NCBI GenBank assembly: GCA_951406725.2
Contig: OX597838.1
Span: 25,978,001 to 26,042,000, forward strand
Reading direction: 5' to 3'
Length of the DNA stretch: 64,000 bases
DNA from: Octopus vulgaris
Lineage: Eukaryota
How positions within the stretch are numbered: position 1 is the first letter of the stretch; every line of letters begins with the position of its first letter. The position numbers and the translations under genes were made by a program. The notes under the pieces are model-generated. The model was not told the origin of the DNA. It saw nothing but the letters and a program-made list of their open reading frames with translations, and searched no databases. Below are positions 42,437 through 55,261 of the stretch, in pieces.

Positions 42437-42787
42437 TCTCCGTCACTACGAAATCTAGCTAAATATGAGAGTGAGAGAGACCTAATTATAACAGCCAGAG
42501 ACCTAATTGTATAGACAAGAGAAAGAGAGACCGAACTATAAAGATATGAAGGGAAAGATAGAGAGAAGGAAGAACAAAGATCTATATATATATATATATA
42601 TATACCTAATCACAGGTACACGGAGAAACAAAAAAGAAAGTGTGATCTAACCATTAAGACATACCTTACCATAAAAATACGGAGAGATTTGAATGATAAA
42701 GACCAACTAGAGAGAGAGAGAGTGAGAGATGTTAACATTAAAATCATTATAGAGAGAGTAATGTAAATTATGACAGTCTTGCAGTTA

Positions 42788-42828
<41 letters not shown>

Positions 42829-43752
42829 ATAATAAAAAAATGAAACAACCCACCCTGTCGTTTTGTATGTACTAAAAATAAAAAAAGTGTGCGTCGCCAC
42901 CTTTAGACGAAGATCGAAACCGGATTAAATTATCTGAGCTCGATGAAAGGCAAGACAGGAATGCAAGAGTAATCAAAATTGATAGAATGAATATTTTATA
43001 CACACTAAACACAAGAGAGAGAAAGAGACTGAGTCTGGTTAATAGAAATACCAACAATAAAATATCAAAGACACTATTTTTACTTTCAAGTTGCTAATTA
43101 AGAATGTCGACTGTACAAGCATGTGGATTAATTACACACGCGCACACATGTGTGTGTATATAATACTTTATATATCATATATACACGCACACAGATATGT
43201 ATATATATGTGATTTTAGTCAACATTACATTATAAACGAAGCATTAAGCACCACACACAAAATTAAATTAGTCAACGTTTTAAACAGCCATCCACACACC
43301 ATACAAATATGTGTATATTCTATGTATATATATACGTGGCGATCGCTGGCGGCGAGACCGGGATAACAATTTCTATTGTTCATTGCTGATAATTTATATA
43401 GTAACGAATCCTCCCCTCATCACGCAAAGACGTCACCGCCTGGGCGAATGTCTATGTATGTATATATATATATACACACACATATATATTATATACTTGT
43501 TTTATATATATATTTGTTATATGTACACGCACATATAGATACTAAGAGAGGTTGTTGACTTGATAGTAGACCACGAGAGGGGGGTAATGAAAAATGACAA
43601 GCCATTAAATAATACATATATATATACACACACGTGATCATATATATACTACACATACATGTGGTACGTATACACAGACAATACGTGTATGTATAATTCC
43701 TTACATTATACGCACGTCCGTGTGCGTGTGTGTAAAATTCAAGCTCTTTCGA

Positions 43753-43821
<69 letters not shown>

Positions 43822-43957
43822 CTATATATATATAGATGTGTGTGTGTATGTGTCTATATATATATATATGTGTGTGTATGTCTATATATATATATTATAT
43901 ATATATATATATATATAGAGATAGATATGTGTGTGTATGTGTCTATATATATATCAT

Positions 43958-43988
<31 letters not shown>

Positions 43989-44420
43989 CGCATATATACA
44001 CACACACACATGCTTAGTGAATGACGATGCAGTTTTTTTTTCCCCCATAATGTTCAAACAGTTCCTTTAGGAAAGAGACAACTAAAATGTGCCACCCCCT
44101 TTCTGTTTCCTTTCAACCTTGATAAATCGTTCAGTAACCTTTGCTGGGGATTGGGGGGGGTGGAGGTGGAGAGAAGATTCTTCCCATCACAAAAAATATT
44201 TCATAGACATAGGGACATACCATAAAGACTAAATATGGTTTTACTATTTTATTCTAGTAGTTTCAACAACCGGATGGCAATTATTTTTCTTGTGTTCCCA
44301 CCTCACATTCGAACTCAAGTCCCTCATAGCCTAAACTTCAACTCAGACGAAGCCTTTTCCCTTACAGTTGATCTTTTTTTTTTTCTGTTAGTAAACGATA
44401 AAAACTCAGCACTTATATAT

Positions 44421-44451
<31 letters not shown>

Positions 44452-45349
44452 CACTCAATATGTAGAATATAAGGATTCCATTATAGATCAATGTCCAGAC
44501 ATACCAATACATGTGATTAATCCACAATGGCTATCGACAGGCCTAGAAGAAACACCATTATTTTTTGCATATGTGTGTGTATATATATATATCTATACAT
44601 ATACACACGCTACAGATATGTAGCAATCATTACACACACACACACTATATATATATATTATATATATGTATATATACGTATGTATGTATATATAGAGAGA
44701 GAGTACTTTGGAAAAAGCTGTGTAATATATATATATCATAATTGCTATACACGTAGGTCTAATAATATACAGTTCCTGGGGGAAAATATGTATTTTGTAT
44801 TAAACATACATAGACACACACATACACGCGTATAGACCATTCCAGACAACAAGAAAGCAATTCGTAGAACATCATGGAAGAAAGAATTAATAATAATAAT
44901 AATAAATCAATAATTTAAAGTTCAGTTATAAGAGAGAAAAAAAAAAAAAACAATCTTTAAAAAGAATCGACAAAAAAAATTTACACAACTATTAATATAC
45001 ATTTATATACATACATATATATATGTGTGGATATATATATGTATGTATACATTTATATACATACATATATATATGTGTATATATATGTGTGTGTGTATAC
45101 ATTTATATACATACATATATATGTATATTGGCGATGCATCGCCGTATATATGTGTGTGTATACATTTATATACATACATATATATATATATATGTATATT
45201 GGCGATGCATCGCCGTATATATGTGTGTGTATACATTTATATACATACATATATATGTGTGTGTGTTATACATTCATCTGTGATAGATGTATATATATAT
45301 AGAGAGAGAGAGATAGAACATGCGTGTGTTGGATTATTCTTGTACTTAC

Positions 45350-45467
45350 CATTCGGCCCATATTTCTCTAAGTTTTTCTTAATTTGATCATCAGTAAGAC
45401 CAACATTACTATCAACTCCAAAGAAACCGCAAGCTTCGTCTGCGGTCTTGGCGTGTGCAAGATCCAT
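45350..45467 (-). CDS. SERCA: SERCA Ca2+-ATPase coding exon 1 (MDLAHAKTADEACGFFGVDSNVGLTDDQIKKNLEKYGPN)
   Basis: Translation matches the SERCA N-terminus (M.xAH.KT...GL...Q......KYGPN). ATG at 45467 in AAAATGG context; phase-1 donor AATG|GTAAGT at 45350/45349. The 118 coding nt equal the size I recall for vertebrate ATP2A exon 1. Confidence 0.96.
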
Positions 45468-46203
45468 TTTCAACTTCTTTACGTTGCTTTCTCTTAACCC
45501 TTAGAATTTGTTAAAAAAAAAAAAAAAGGATTTTTTTTTAAGCTTTCAACACAAAGGATTAAATTTAAATTATTATTATTAATTAGCACAGCCTTTTTTT
45601 TTTTTTTTTTTTGGTTTTGGGTTTTGGTTTTGTTTGGTTTCCTATTTGTGATGGTATAATAATATAATCTTGTAATTAATTATTGCAGTCGTCGCGCAAT
45701 ACAGAATCCGATTTCGTGATGTCTTGGTTTGGTTGGAAGGTAAAAAAGAAAGAAATTCTTTTCCGAATTTTTGAAATAATTTAAACAGAAAAAAATATGA
45801 AATTTCCTTCTTCACTTAGAGATTCGGTAAAATTTTTTTGGACCCCTGAGGTATGTATGTATATTATATATATATGTAATATATATATATAATATACAGT
45901 ACACACAAACACACCTTATCCCTTTTCTTCACTGGTAGAAGTGGTGTGTCTCGTCTCTCCAACCGTCTTTGCTCTCACACACACACTCTCTTCCAGTTAT
46001 ATATATTATATATGTAGATATATATATATATATAGAAAGAGAGAACGAGAGAAAGGGATGAGGAGGTAGTGAGGAGGAGACCTTTTTTGTTGTTTTGGGA
46101 TGTTGTTGTACACAAATTTAGATATAGAGAGAGAAAATATCTTTAAGGGGAGGGCTTCCAGCCAGAAAAAAATCTGCTAAAAAAAGGGGGGGTAACGAAA
46201 TGA
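45468..46203 (-). other. SERCA: Putative SERCA 5' UTR with Initiator-like TCATTT at 46203-46198
   Basis: No ATG on the sense strand from 45468 to 46230, while the antisense strand has several. No SINE insertions. TCATTT fits the TCAKTY Initiator consensus. Confidence 0.5.
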
Positions 46204-46634
46204 GTGTCTAGCCAGAGAGACACACACACACATGTAACACACAACTCCTTGGTGATCTCTCCCCTCAGAACTGCCGGGTCCGAGTAATACAGCCTCCGTT
46301 GAAGAGCGTATAAGCCCGATCTAGAGCGAGCTTATTCCTTGTGGCAAGCGGGGGGTGTACAGGTTGCTCACTGAACTACACGAAATACAACAGCTGCTGC
46401 TTATTACAACCCTATTGCTCTCTCTCACTCTACCTCTCACCCCTCTCGCTTTCTTTTTTTTCCTTCGCCACTCTCTCTTTTACTCTCTCCTTCTCTCTCT
46501 TGCCCTCTCTCTCTCTCTCTCTTTCTGTCTATCTTTAACACACGGTCTTACATATTTACATAATTTACATATACACACTCATGCATTTTATATACATGTA
46601 CGTATATACGTATATGTGTACGCCTAATTGTGTG

Positions 46635-46667
<33 letters not shown>

Positions 46668-46787
46668 TCATGTTGATATATATACACACACACACATACA
46701 TTCATACGTACATACATACATACATACATACATACATACATACATACATACATACATACATGCATGCATGCATGCATACATACATAC

Positions 46788-46843
<56 letters not shown>

Positions 46844-49282
46844 CTTACAGACTAATATAGCATGCACAATTATTTCCGCTGTTTGAGCACAAACACACAC
46901 ACACATACACACATACATACACACACACATACACACACACATACACGCACACACGCACACACAGGGCTTGCTATAGAAAGATAGGTATACAACTTTCTAT
47001 AACCAACCATTTTACGCTTTATTGAGTACAGTTTTCACACAACGTTGAATTCTCGAACATTTTTGACATTTTCTTCCCCCCAAGTATTGTTAGTATCATC
47101 ATTGTTATTTTAAAAATAGTTCGTTTTTTTTTTTTTTACTGATTGTTTATATATTTATATAATCATTTATTTATATTTTATTTTTTTTTCCCTTTCTGCT
47201 TGTTGCTTCTTTCTTCCTCTTTCTCTCTCTCTCTCTCTCCATGATTTTTGTCAACGACCGTTTTTCACTTGAAGACAGAAAGTGGACCAGTCCAGAAATT
47301 CCAAGTACTAAATAGCAGAAGATTTTTTTAACAAAAATAAATACATAGAGAAAAAAAAAAATGTCCCTTTATTTATTTATTTATTTATTTATTTATTATA
47401 TTTTTCTCACACACCCCTTCCACCTCTCTATCTACTGCGGTACCCGTACCCGTACTCTTACTTTGCAATCGTCTCCTCACCTTACCGATTTCTAAAAGAA
47501 GATTCACCCACCCGCCTCCCATCTTACCACCAGCACTACCAATTGCCAAATTTGAACTCGCAGTGCAACAGTTACTTGAGTCAGATCATTGTTCTGATTG
47601 CTGTTTTTTGGGGGTTATTTTTGCTCTCTATTTATTTATTTATCTAGTTACTTACTTACTCTCGTCCCAGGTCAGCCCCGATCCTGCAAAAATTAAAGAG
47701 GAAAGGTGTTCGTTCTAGCCCTGTTTACCCACCTCTCAACCCATCTTTTTGGCCTAAGTACACCTAGGTCTGTCTGCATTACAGTGCTAGCTTTAACCAC
47801 TCCGATTCTCCCCCCCCCCACCACCACCACCATTCGCTTTCTTTTTCTTTCTTTCTCTTTTTTTTTCTTTTTCTAGGACGGTAGGATATGATTCGAGCAA
47901 TATAGCAATATTTGGCTGCTATTTCTAACCGGTCGAGCGACCTTGTGGGTAGACACGATGCTACCACTTAATTATATAAACATGAGTTCTCCACTTAACG
48001 GGGGAAAAAACTCTCCTATTTTCAGGTCATTATGTAACACGGTGTATCATTTTTAAAAGTTTGTTTTTCTAAACCCATATTCATTGTGATGTAAATTGTT
48101 TTTTGTTTTTTAAATTCTACCTCACAACCTTATTTCAGGTAAGCTACATGTTGAGTGAGGTATCGTCCGCGTATTTCTCAGATGGAAAATCTCACCTATT
48201 TTTCATTCAGATTATTATTTAACATTTTTATTTTAAATTTAATTTTTTCTTTCTATTTCTAAAACTATATTCGTTGTGGAGTAGAATCTCTTCTTTAAAA
48301 CCAGTTCACAACTTTAAAGGTAAGCTCCCTGTCAAGGGACCGGCCATCATCTCATTTTAAATCGTAAACATTTCCCCCTTTCGCTTAATTTTTACCTTAT
48401 TTCTTTTTAGTCGAGAGGGTGTGTGTACGTGTGTGGTGGAGCTGCTTGAACGCCCCACAATCTCATTTTCCTTTATTTATTTTTTAAAATCCTTGTTTAA
48501 AGTATATAAAGAAATCTCCCTGAGGTATCTGATTTCATTACACCTAAATTTGTTACGCCCTCCTCAAAACGAATATTCAATAAAATAAATAGAAATGCAA
48601 GAATGCCACCACATCCCCATATCGTCTGCCTTTCATTTCTTACTAACGTGTGTAACCTAAAATTAAAGCAGTCGTTATCAATTACGTTGTTTTCCCCCGG
48701 AGTCGACAAATAGTCAAAGGTGCTCCAACCACGACTATCCTTTCAACATTTAACGTGTCTTTCTTTCTCATGTGGTCGGTTTGTGTGATTTGAAAGGAAT
48801 TTATCTGGTATTTTATTTTGCTATTTTAGACAGATTCAGGGACCGCGTTAAAAGGCAGTCGTTATTCGTGTTACTGTTTAACCCCGGGTCAGCGTTGACC
48901 GAACAAACTTAGGATTAGAAGCGTTCCAGTCGTGACTATTTCGTTTTATTTTATCGAACCGCGGCAGGATATGAATTGAAGAAATTTCGACTATTCTTTC
49001 TAGCGGGTGGAACAAACTGCAAAGAGAGTCTCTTTCATAAGCTGTGTAAAGTGTAGGACTCCCGACCTTTAAAAAACCCTTAATGGTAGCTGTTTCGTTT
49101 CACTGAAACGTCACTTGTGATACCAATATTTATTACTTTTTTTTTTTCAGTTCGATTCTTTTGACGAATCGCTATGTTATTAGTACTAAACACCAAACTC
49201 TGATTGCTAAGTGGTGTGAAGGCAGAGAACAAAATACATGCACAAGCTCATACATGCATGCATGCATACATACATATATGTA

Positions 49283-49893
49283 TTGGGTTGTCCGGAAAGT
49301 TCGTGCCGATTTATAGTAGCTTACCTTTTGACTTAATTTAGAACATGGTTGAGTCCATAAAGTAGGATTTTACTACACCTCCATTTAGAGTACAGCTTAA
49401 GCTATCTTTTCGTGGAAGAAGGTTTATGTTCCTATAGTCTGTGTTAATTCAGTAACCCTTTAAAAATGGAAAATAAGAAAGTTCATTTTCGGCACTTAAT
49501 GCTTTGGGAACTAGACAAAAATTGCTGCAGCTAGGCTAGGATGTGTTACCCCACCCTCCATATTCCCCAGATATTGCTCCTTCGGATTTCCACTTATTCT
49601 GGTCTCTGCTGAATAGTCTTAATGGTAAAAATTTCAATTCCTTGGATGACGTAAAAAGATACCTTGATGAATTCTTTGCCACGAAACCACCTCAATTCTG
49701 GGAAGAGGGTATTTTCAAGTTAAAGGAAAGATGGAGATGCATTGTGCAACAAAATGGTTGCACCTGAGCACTGTATACAATAATTTCATTATTATTATTA
49801 TTATTATATTTGGTTGATTAAAAATGTAATGGCAAGTATTTATTGACCTTTTTCTTTCCTTTAAAAAACGGCATGAACTTTCCGGACAACCAA
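49283..49893 (+). mobile_element. Internally deleted mariner transposon
   Basis: TIRs ttgggttgtccggaaagttcgtgccg / cggcatgaactttccggacaaccaa with TA on both sides. N-terminus MENKKVHFRHLMLWE (ATG 49466) is joined at ~49510 to C-terminal LPHPPYSPDIAPSDFHLF...KLKERW, which has the mariner YSPD(L/I)APSD motif. Confidence 0.93.
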
Positions 49894-50453
49894 TATATAC
49901 ATACATACGGATGTATGTATGCATATACATGTATGCATCGGAATATGCCTGCTTGTGAAATCCACGTGCAAGTGGCTGAGTACTCCACAAACACGTGTAC
50001 TCTTAGCATAGTTCTCGGAGAGATTCAACGCGACACAGAATTTGTTGAGTTTGGCCCTCTGAAATGCAGGTATAACTCGTATCTACAGGTGAGTAAACTA
50101 GAGCAATGAGAAATAAAGTGTCTTGCTCAAGGACACAGGGCGCCGCCGGGGATCGAACTCACGGTCGTGAGCTGAATATATTAACCACTGAGCCACGTCT
50201 CTGCGCGCGCGCGCTCTCACGACGTGCTTCGTTCAGTTTCCGTCTGCCAAATCCACTGAACCCAGAACCATGTGGTTGGGGAAACAAACTTTTTACCACA
50301 CTGCCCCCGCATGTTAGAATTGTTTAAAGGTAAGCACCCGTCCACGACCTCATTTTACTTACCAGGTGTCACCGATTTCACTTCATTTGCGTTTAGAATA
50401 TTCACGAAAGAAAAAAATTATAATAAATTAATTTTTTTTTAAATAAAATAAAA

Positions 50454-50839
50454 ATGGAAGTACTCCGTCGGTTACGACGATGAGGGTTCCGGTTGATCCG
50501 AATCAACGGAACAGCCAGCTCGTGAAATTAACGTGTAAGTGGCTGAGCACTCCACAGACACGTGTACCCTTAACGTAGTTCTCGGGGATATTCAGCGTGA
50601 CACAGAGAGTGACAAGGCCGGCCCTTTGAAATACAGGTACAACAGAAACAGGAAGTAAGAGTGAGAGAAAGTTGTGGTGAAAGAGTACAGCAGGGATCAC
50701 CACCATCCCCTGCCGGAGCCTCGTGGAGCTTTAGGTGTTTTCGCTCAATAAACACTCACAACGCCCGGTCTGGGAATCGAAACCGCGATCCTATGACCGC
50801 GAGTCCGCTGCCCTAACCACTGGGCCATTGCGCCTCCAC
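50454..50839 (-). mobile_element. Full-length tRNA-derived SINE (octopus OK-like family)
   Basis: tRNA head with A box tggcccagtgg and B box ggtttcgattccc; 13-bp TSD aaataaaataaaa at 50441-50453 and 50840-50852. Family name is from memory. Confidence 0.85.
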
Positions 50840-50982
50840 AAATAAAATAAAAGTGAAACTATATCAACACCATGCAACCACATGTTCCTTTGATCATTTA
50901 TCGAAGGTCTAACTCGATAATTGATTTCAGTTACTGGTGGAAGAGTGGGGTGGTGAAGAACCCTTAAAAGAAAGTTTTAAGG

Positions 50983-51664
50983 CAAAGGTTCACAACCATT
51001 TTTCACCTATGGACCCCCTTTGATTATTATTTCAATTCTGGCGGACCCCTATTGCCATTCGATGCTTAAAAACTAGTTTTATTGAAACTTTTTTCCAAAT
51101 TCCTATTTTGCTTTTCGTGGAGGCGCAATGGCCCGGTGGGAATCGCGGTTTCGATTCCCAGACTGGGCGTTGCGTGTGTTTATTGATCGAAAACACCTAA
51201 AGCTCCACGAGGCTCTGGCAGGGGGGGGGGGCGACCCCTATTGTACTCTTTGGCCCCGACTTTCTCTCACTCTTTATTCCTGTTTCTTGAGTAACGCTGC
51301 GATGGACTAACCATAAAGACATACCTTACCATAAAAATACGGAGAGATTTGAATGATAAAGACCAACTAGCTTGGGAAGAACACATACGCCATAGAAACC
51401 GGGAAACCGGGCCCATGATCCTGGCTAGGCTTGAAAAGGGCGCATAAATTTTGCTTTTCACGCATTAACTTAAGTAGGTTGTGTTATGTAAAATATTAGA
51501 GAAAGAAACCCAGCGGTTTATGTAATACATACATCCAAAGCAAAATTTTTTAGGGACCCTTAAAATACTATTGTGGATCCTCAATTTACTATTTTGTTAC
51601 ATGGACCCCAAAAAATTTTATGATGACCCTCAGGAGCCATACGGACCCTGGCTGAGAACCACTA
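50983..51664. mobile_element. hAT-like MITE interrupted by a SINE (related copy at ~25426-25670)
   Basis: Termini caaaggttcacaacc / ggctgagaaccacta resemble CAGTGGTTCTCAAC-type TIRs; internal similarity to 25426-25670. Confidence 0.6.
51117..51447 (+). mobile_element. tRNA-derived SINE sharing the OK-like 5' half with a different 3' half, nested in a MITE
   Basis: Head gtggaggcgcaatggccc; 12-bp TSD attttgcttttc at 51105-51116 and 51448-51459. Confidence 0.85.
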
Positions 51665-51864
51665 CTTTAAAGGATCTTTTGGTAGCGAGCCGAATCAGCG
51701 ATTGGATTTCGATCGCCAATCGGAGTAGTTCCTTTAAATTCGATTTTGTTTCTTTTCAAACTTACATCACTCCACCCATACCTCATCCTCATCCACTCCC
51801 AGGATGTGAATGAACGCCACAACATGTCATTTGTTCCTTTAACAGCTCATCGGGTACCAGCAGC

Positions 51865-52262
51865 CAATATTGGTTTCAAATTTTGGCACAAGGCCAACAT
51901 GTTTGGCCGAGGTGGGAAGGTCGATTACATTGACCCCAGGGCTCAAATGGTAACTTATTTTATCGACCCCAAAAGGATGAAAAGCAAAGTCAACCTTGGT
52001 GGCACTTGAACCCAGAAAGTAAAGACGTATGAAATGTCTAAGCATTTTGTTCGCCGTGCTAACGATTCTGCAAGCTCGCCGCCTTTTATCAGCAACTAAT
52101 AACGGTTTCAAATCTTGGCACAAGGCCAGAAGGTTCGGCAGAGGGACAGGTCAATTACATCGACCCCATTGCTCAGATGGTACTTATTTTATCGACCCCT
52201 TTAGGATAAACGTCAAAGTCGACCTGGGCGAAATTTGAACTCAGAACGTAAAGACGGACGAA
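51865..52262 (-). mobile_element. Two tandem SINE copies (same family; others at ~16476-16680, 22360-22660, 35745-35950, 54275-54600, 55040-55240)
   Basis: Same diagnostic core as 39905-40550. Confidence 0.8.
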
Positions 52263-52363
52263 ATCCTGTTCTTAGAAAAATACATGAACGCCACCCAATC
52301 ATATGCTCCTTCGAAAGATTTTTGGTGCAGACGAGGGTTTGGTTTATTAAATCAACTCCAGAG

Positions 52364-52538
52364 CATGGCCATCTCTGCAGCTTTATAGGTCCCTAGGCAA
52401 ATCAATGCACTGTGGACCCTGTTGTATGTATTTATTGATAGCAAACCACAACATACAACATAGACCAGAATTGGGCACCTAGACCCCCGAAGAACCCTGG
52501 GCAACTGTCCAGTATGCCCGTTCCTTAAGGCGGCCCTA
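52364..52538. mobile_element. hAT-like MITE (related copy ~40812-40976)
   Basis: Both copies share gcaaatcaat.cact..g.ccct, cacaacataca, agaattgggc.cctagac and gcaact...ccagtatgccc; termini resemble CAGGGCC/GGCCCTG. Confidence 0.6.
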
Positions 52539-54624
52539 CTTCATAGCTTGAATGTTATATGAGAGGCAGAACCATTAAAGCTTTGGATAGAATGCTTTGC
52601 GGTATATGTTCCAGCGTTTTGCGTCCTGAGTTTAAATCCTGTTGCGTTCAATTTTGCCTTTCATCCTTTCGTGGAATCGATAAAAACAGCTGCGTAGCGT
52701 TAGTTTTGGCCTCTCTCTTCCTTAAACCTAACATGTTTTTGATTACAATAAACACACGTATAATAGTAGATAGAGTGGCCGCCCTTTGAGACCCTAACAC
52801 ATAATCCACATATCCCTCGCTACGCCACTACGATACTATTAAGAACTAGTCAGGTACTGGGTTTCATTCTTTCCTGTCTGTCTCTGTCTCTCTCTAAATT
52901 GGCTGCTGCATTGCACTATGATAAGGGTCGTGAGAAACAGTAGCGTAACTGATGGGGGCACGCGAAAGGGATGATCTGCCCCGGACAGCACTTTTAAAGG
53001 AGCAGCACTTTTCGATCTGTCGTATAATCCTGCACAGGTTGGGGCCCGCAGTGCGGTAGCAGCAAACTTAAAGGTTGCTCCAGACGGCACACACTCTAGC
53101 TACACAGAGTCCTTTTCTCCCGAAATGGAGAAAAGGATAAACGAAGGAGTTAGAGACCTTTTCTCATACAAAACGAAAACAGAAAAAAAAGTGGAGGGTT
53201 GATCTAATATGAAGTTATAACATGGAACAGATATAAATGGGAGCAAGAAAGATTAGAAATATAGCAACTAGTACTAGTAATATCTTGGTATCATCATGTA
53301 CCATGTTTTCATTAATGTCCTTAGGTATCTATGTCGTCGTGAACAAGCACAGCCACCTGCTACCCTTTCGACTTTTGGCCCTCTTGATCTTTGACCCTCT
53401 AGATCTTTGACCCTCTGGATCTTTGACCTAGTGGAACAGCTAAGATGTAACAACCAAAGGGATAGAGAGCTGCACCAGCGCTGATCCACCACAAGGCCCA
53501 ATCCTTATTGTTATGTGCTGACCTGAGTGCCTTAATAACCCTGAGAGCTATATCAGTAGAGTGCAAACTCTTGGTAGTGCAAGCTCTTGGCCTCCCTGCT
53601 GGACAGGTCAAAGGATAGAGATCAGACTAGTATGGCCCACCTCTTCCCAGATGTAAAAATGGGTCTGCGTATAGAGTCGACAACCCTGCCAAAAGAAAAA
53701 AAAGACCGGATTTACAGAAGCTTTGATGACAATTGGAAACCAACAAGATCTGAAAGAGGAAGGCCTTCCTTCAAGGAAACGTATGATGTGGTGCAGCAGA
53801 ATGTGAAAGAACAGGTCACACCTTATGGAAACCAGCATCCTGCATTACACGTCATACCCTAACCTGGGACCCACGATGCAAGTAGAAGAGAGAATGGTAC
53901 CCCAAAATAGCTGAAGGTAGGATACAGTGACAGAGCTGAAAAAAGGCAGGGAGAAGATAAGAGAGGAGCAGAAAAGTCAGTTTAGATTTGAGAACAGAAC
54001 AGCAGAGGAAAGCTTTCTCTTAGGGAAACATGTGATAAGGTACAGCAAAATCTGAACGGACAGGCCACACCATATGGGAACCAGCATCCTGCTCTGACCT
54101 AGAACTCAGAAGAGAGAGAGAAGAGAAAATAGCTGGCAGTAGGGTATTGAGGTAGAGCTGAAAAAGCAGGGATCTAATATGAGGGGTGCGGAAAAGACAG
54201 CCCAGAAAAGACGAGAATGCAAGAGAAAAGTCGTCGATGGCTCCGCAGTGTATTTTATTTATCGACCCAAAAATATTAGTTTCAAATTTTAGCACAAGGC
54301 CAGCAATTTCGGGGTGGGAGGTGGGTAAGCCGATTACATCGACCCCAGTGCTCAACTGATACCTATTTTTATCGACCCCGAAAGGATGAAAAGCAAAGCT
54401 GACCTCGACAGAATTTGAACTCAGAACGTAAAGACGGACGAAATGTCGCTAAGCATTTTGCTCGGCGCGGTAACACTTCTGCCACCTCGCGACCTTATGA
54501 ATCCCCGAAATATTAAAAGGTAAAGTTGGAGATTTGAACTCAGAGCGCACGAATAAATTCTGCCTATCCGATGCTCTGTTGATTCTGCCATTAACATTTT
54601 GTTAGTAATACATTACTCAAAATC

Positions 54625-54991
54625 GTGGCACTTCGTCGGTTACGACGACAAGGGTTCCAGTTGATCCTATCAACGAAACAGCCTATTTGTGAAATTAGCG
54701 TGCAAGTGGCTGAGCACTCCACAGACACGTGTGCCCTTAACGTAGTTCTCGGAGAGATTCAGCGTGACACAGAGTGTGACAAGACTGTCCCTTTAAAATA
54801 TAGGAAGAAAGAGTGAGAGAAAGTTGTGGTGAAAGAATACAGCAGGGTTCGTTACCAACCCCTGCAGGAGCCTCGTGGAGCTTTAGGTGTTTTCGCTCAA
54901 TAAACACTCACAACGTTCGGTTTGGGAATCGAAACCGCGATCCTTCAACCGCGAGTCCACTGCCCTAGCCACTGGGCCATTGCGCATCCAC
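54625..54991 (-). mobile_element. Second copy of the OK-like SINE
   Basis: Colinear, high identity to 50454-50839. Confidence 0.85.
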
Positions 54992-55261
54992 ACAGTACTC
55001 AATACCATTTAACTATCAGTGATATTATTACTGCATTAATTCAGGTGGCAAGCTGGCAGAAACGTGTGCACTTCAGCCAAAATGCTCGGCACCATTTTCG
55101 CTCCCCTCTGCGTTCTGAGTTCAAACGCCTTCGAGGTCGACTTTGCCTGTCATTCTTTCGGGGTCGATAAAATAAGTACTACTTGGACACTGGGGTCGAT
55201 GTAATCGACTTACCCACTCCCCCGAAAATTGCTGGCCCAGAAAGTCCCACGGGCTGCAATT

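Larger units (their letters stand above)
17044..45349 (-). other. SERCA: SERCA intron 1 (28,306 nt, GT-AG)
   Basis: Defined by the exon 1 donor and exon 2 acceptor. Confidence 0.9.

Noticed and set aside
50760-50839. tRNA gene
   Set aside because: A/B boxes are the head of a SINE with TSDs and other copies; no acceptor stem closure.
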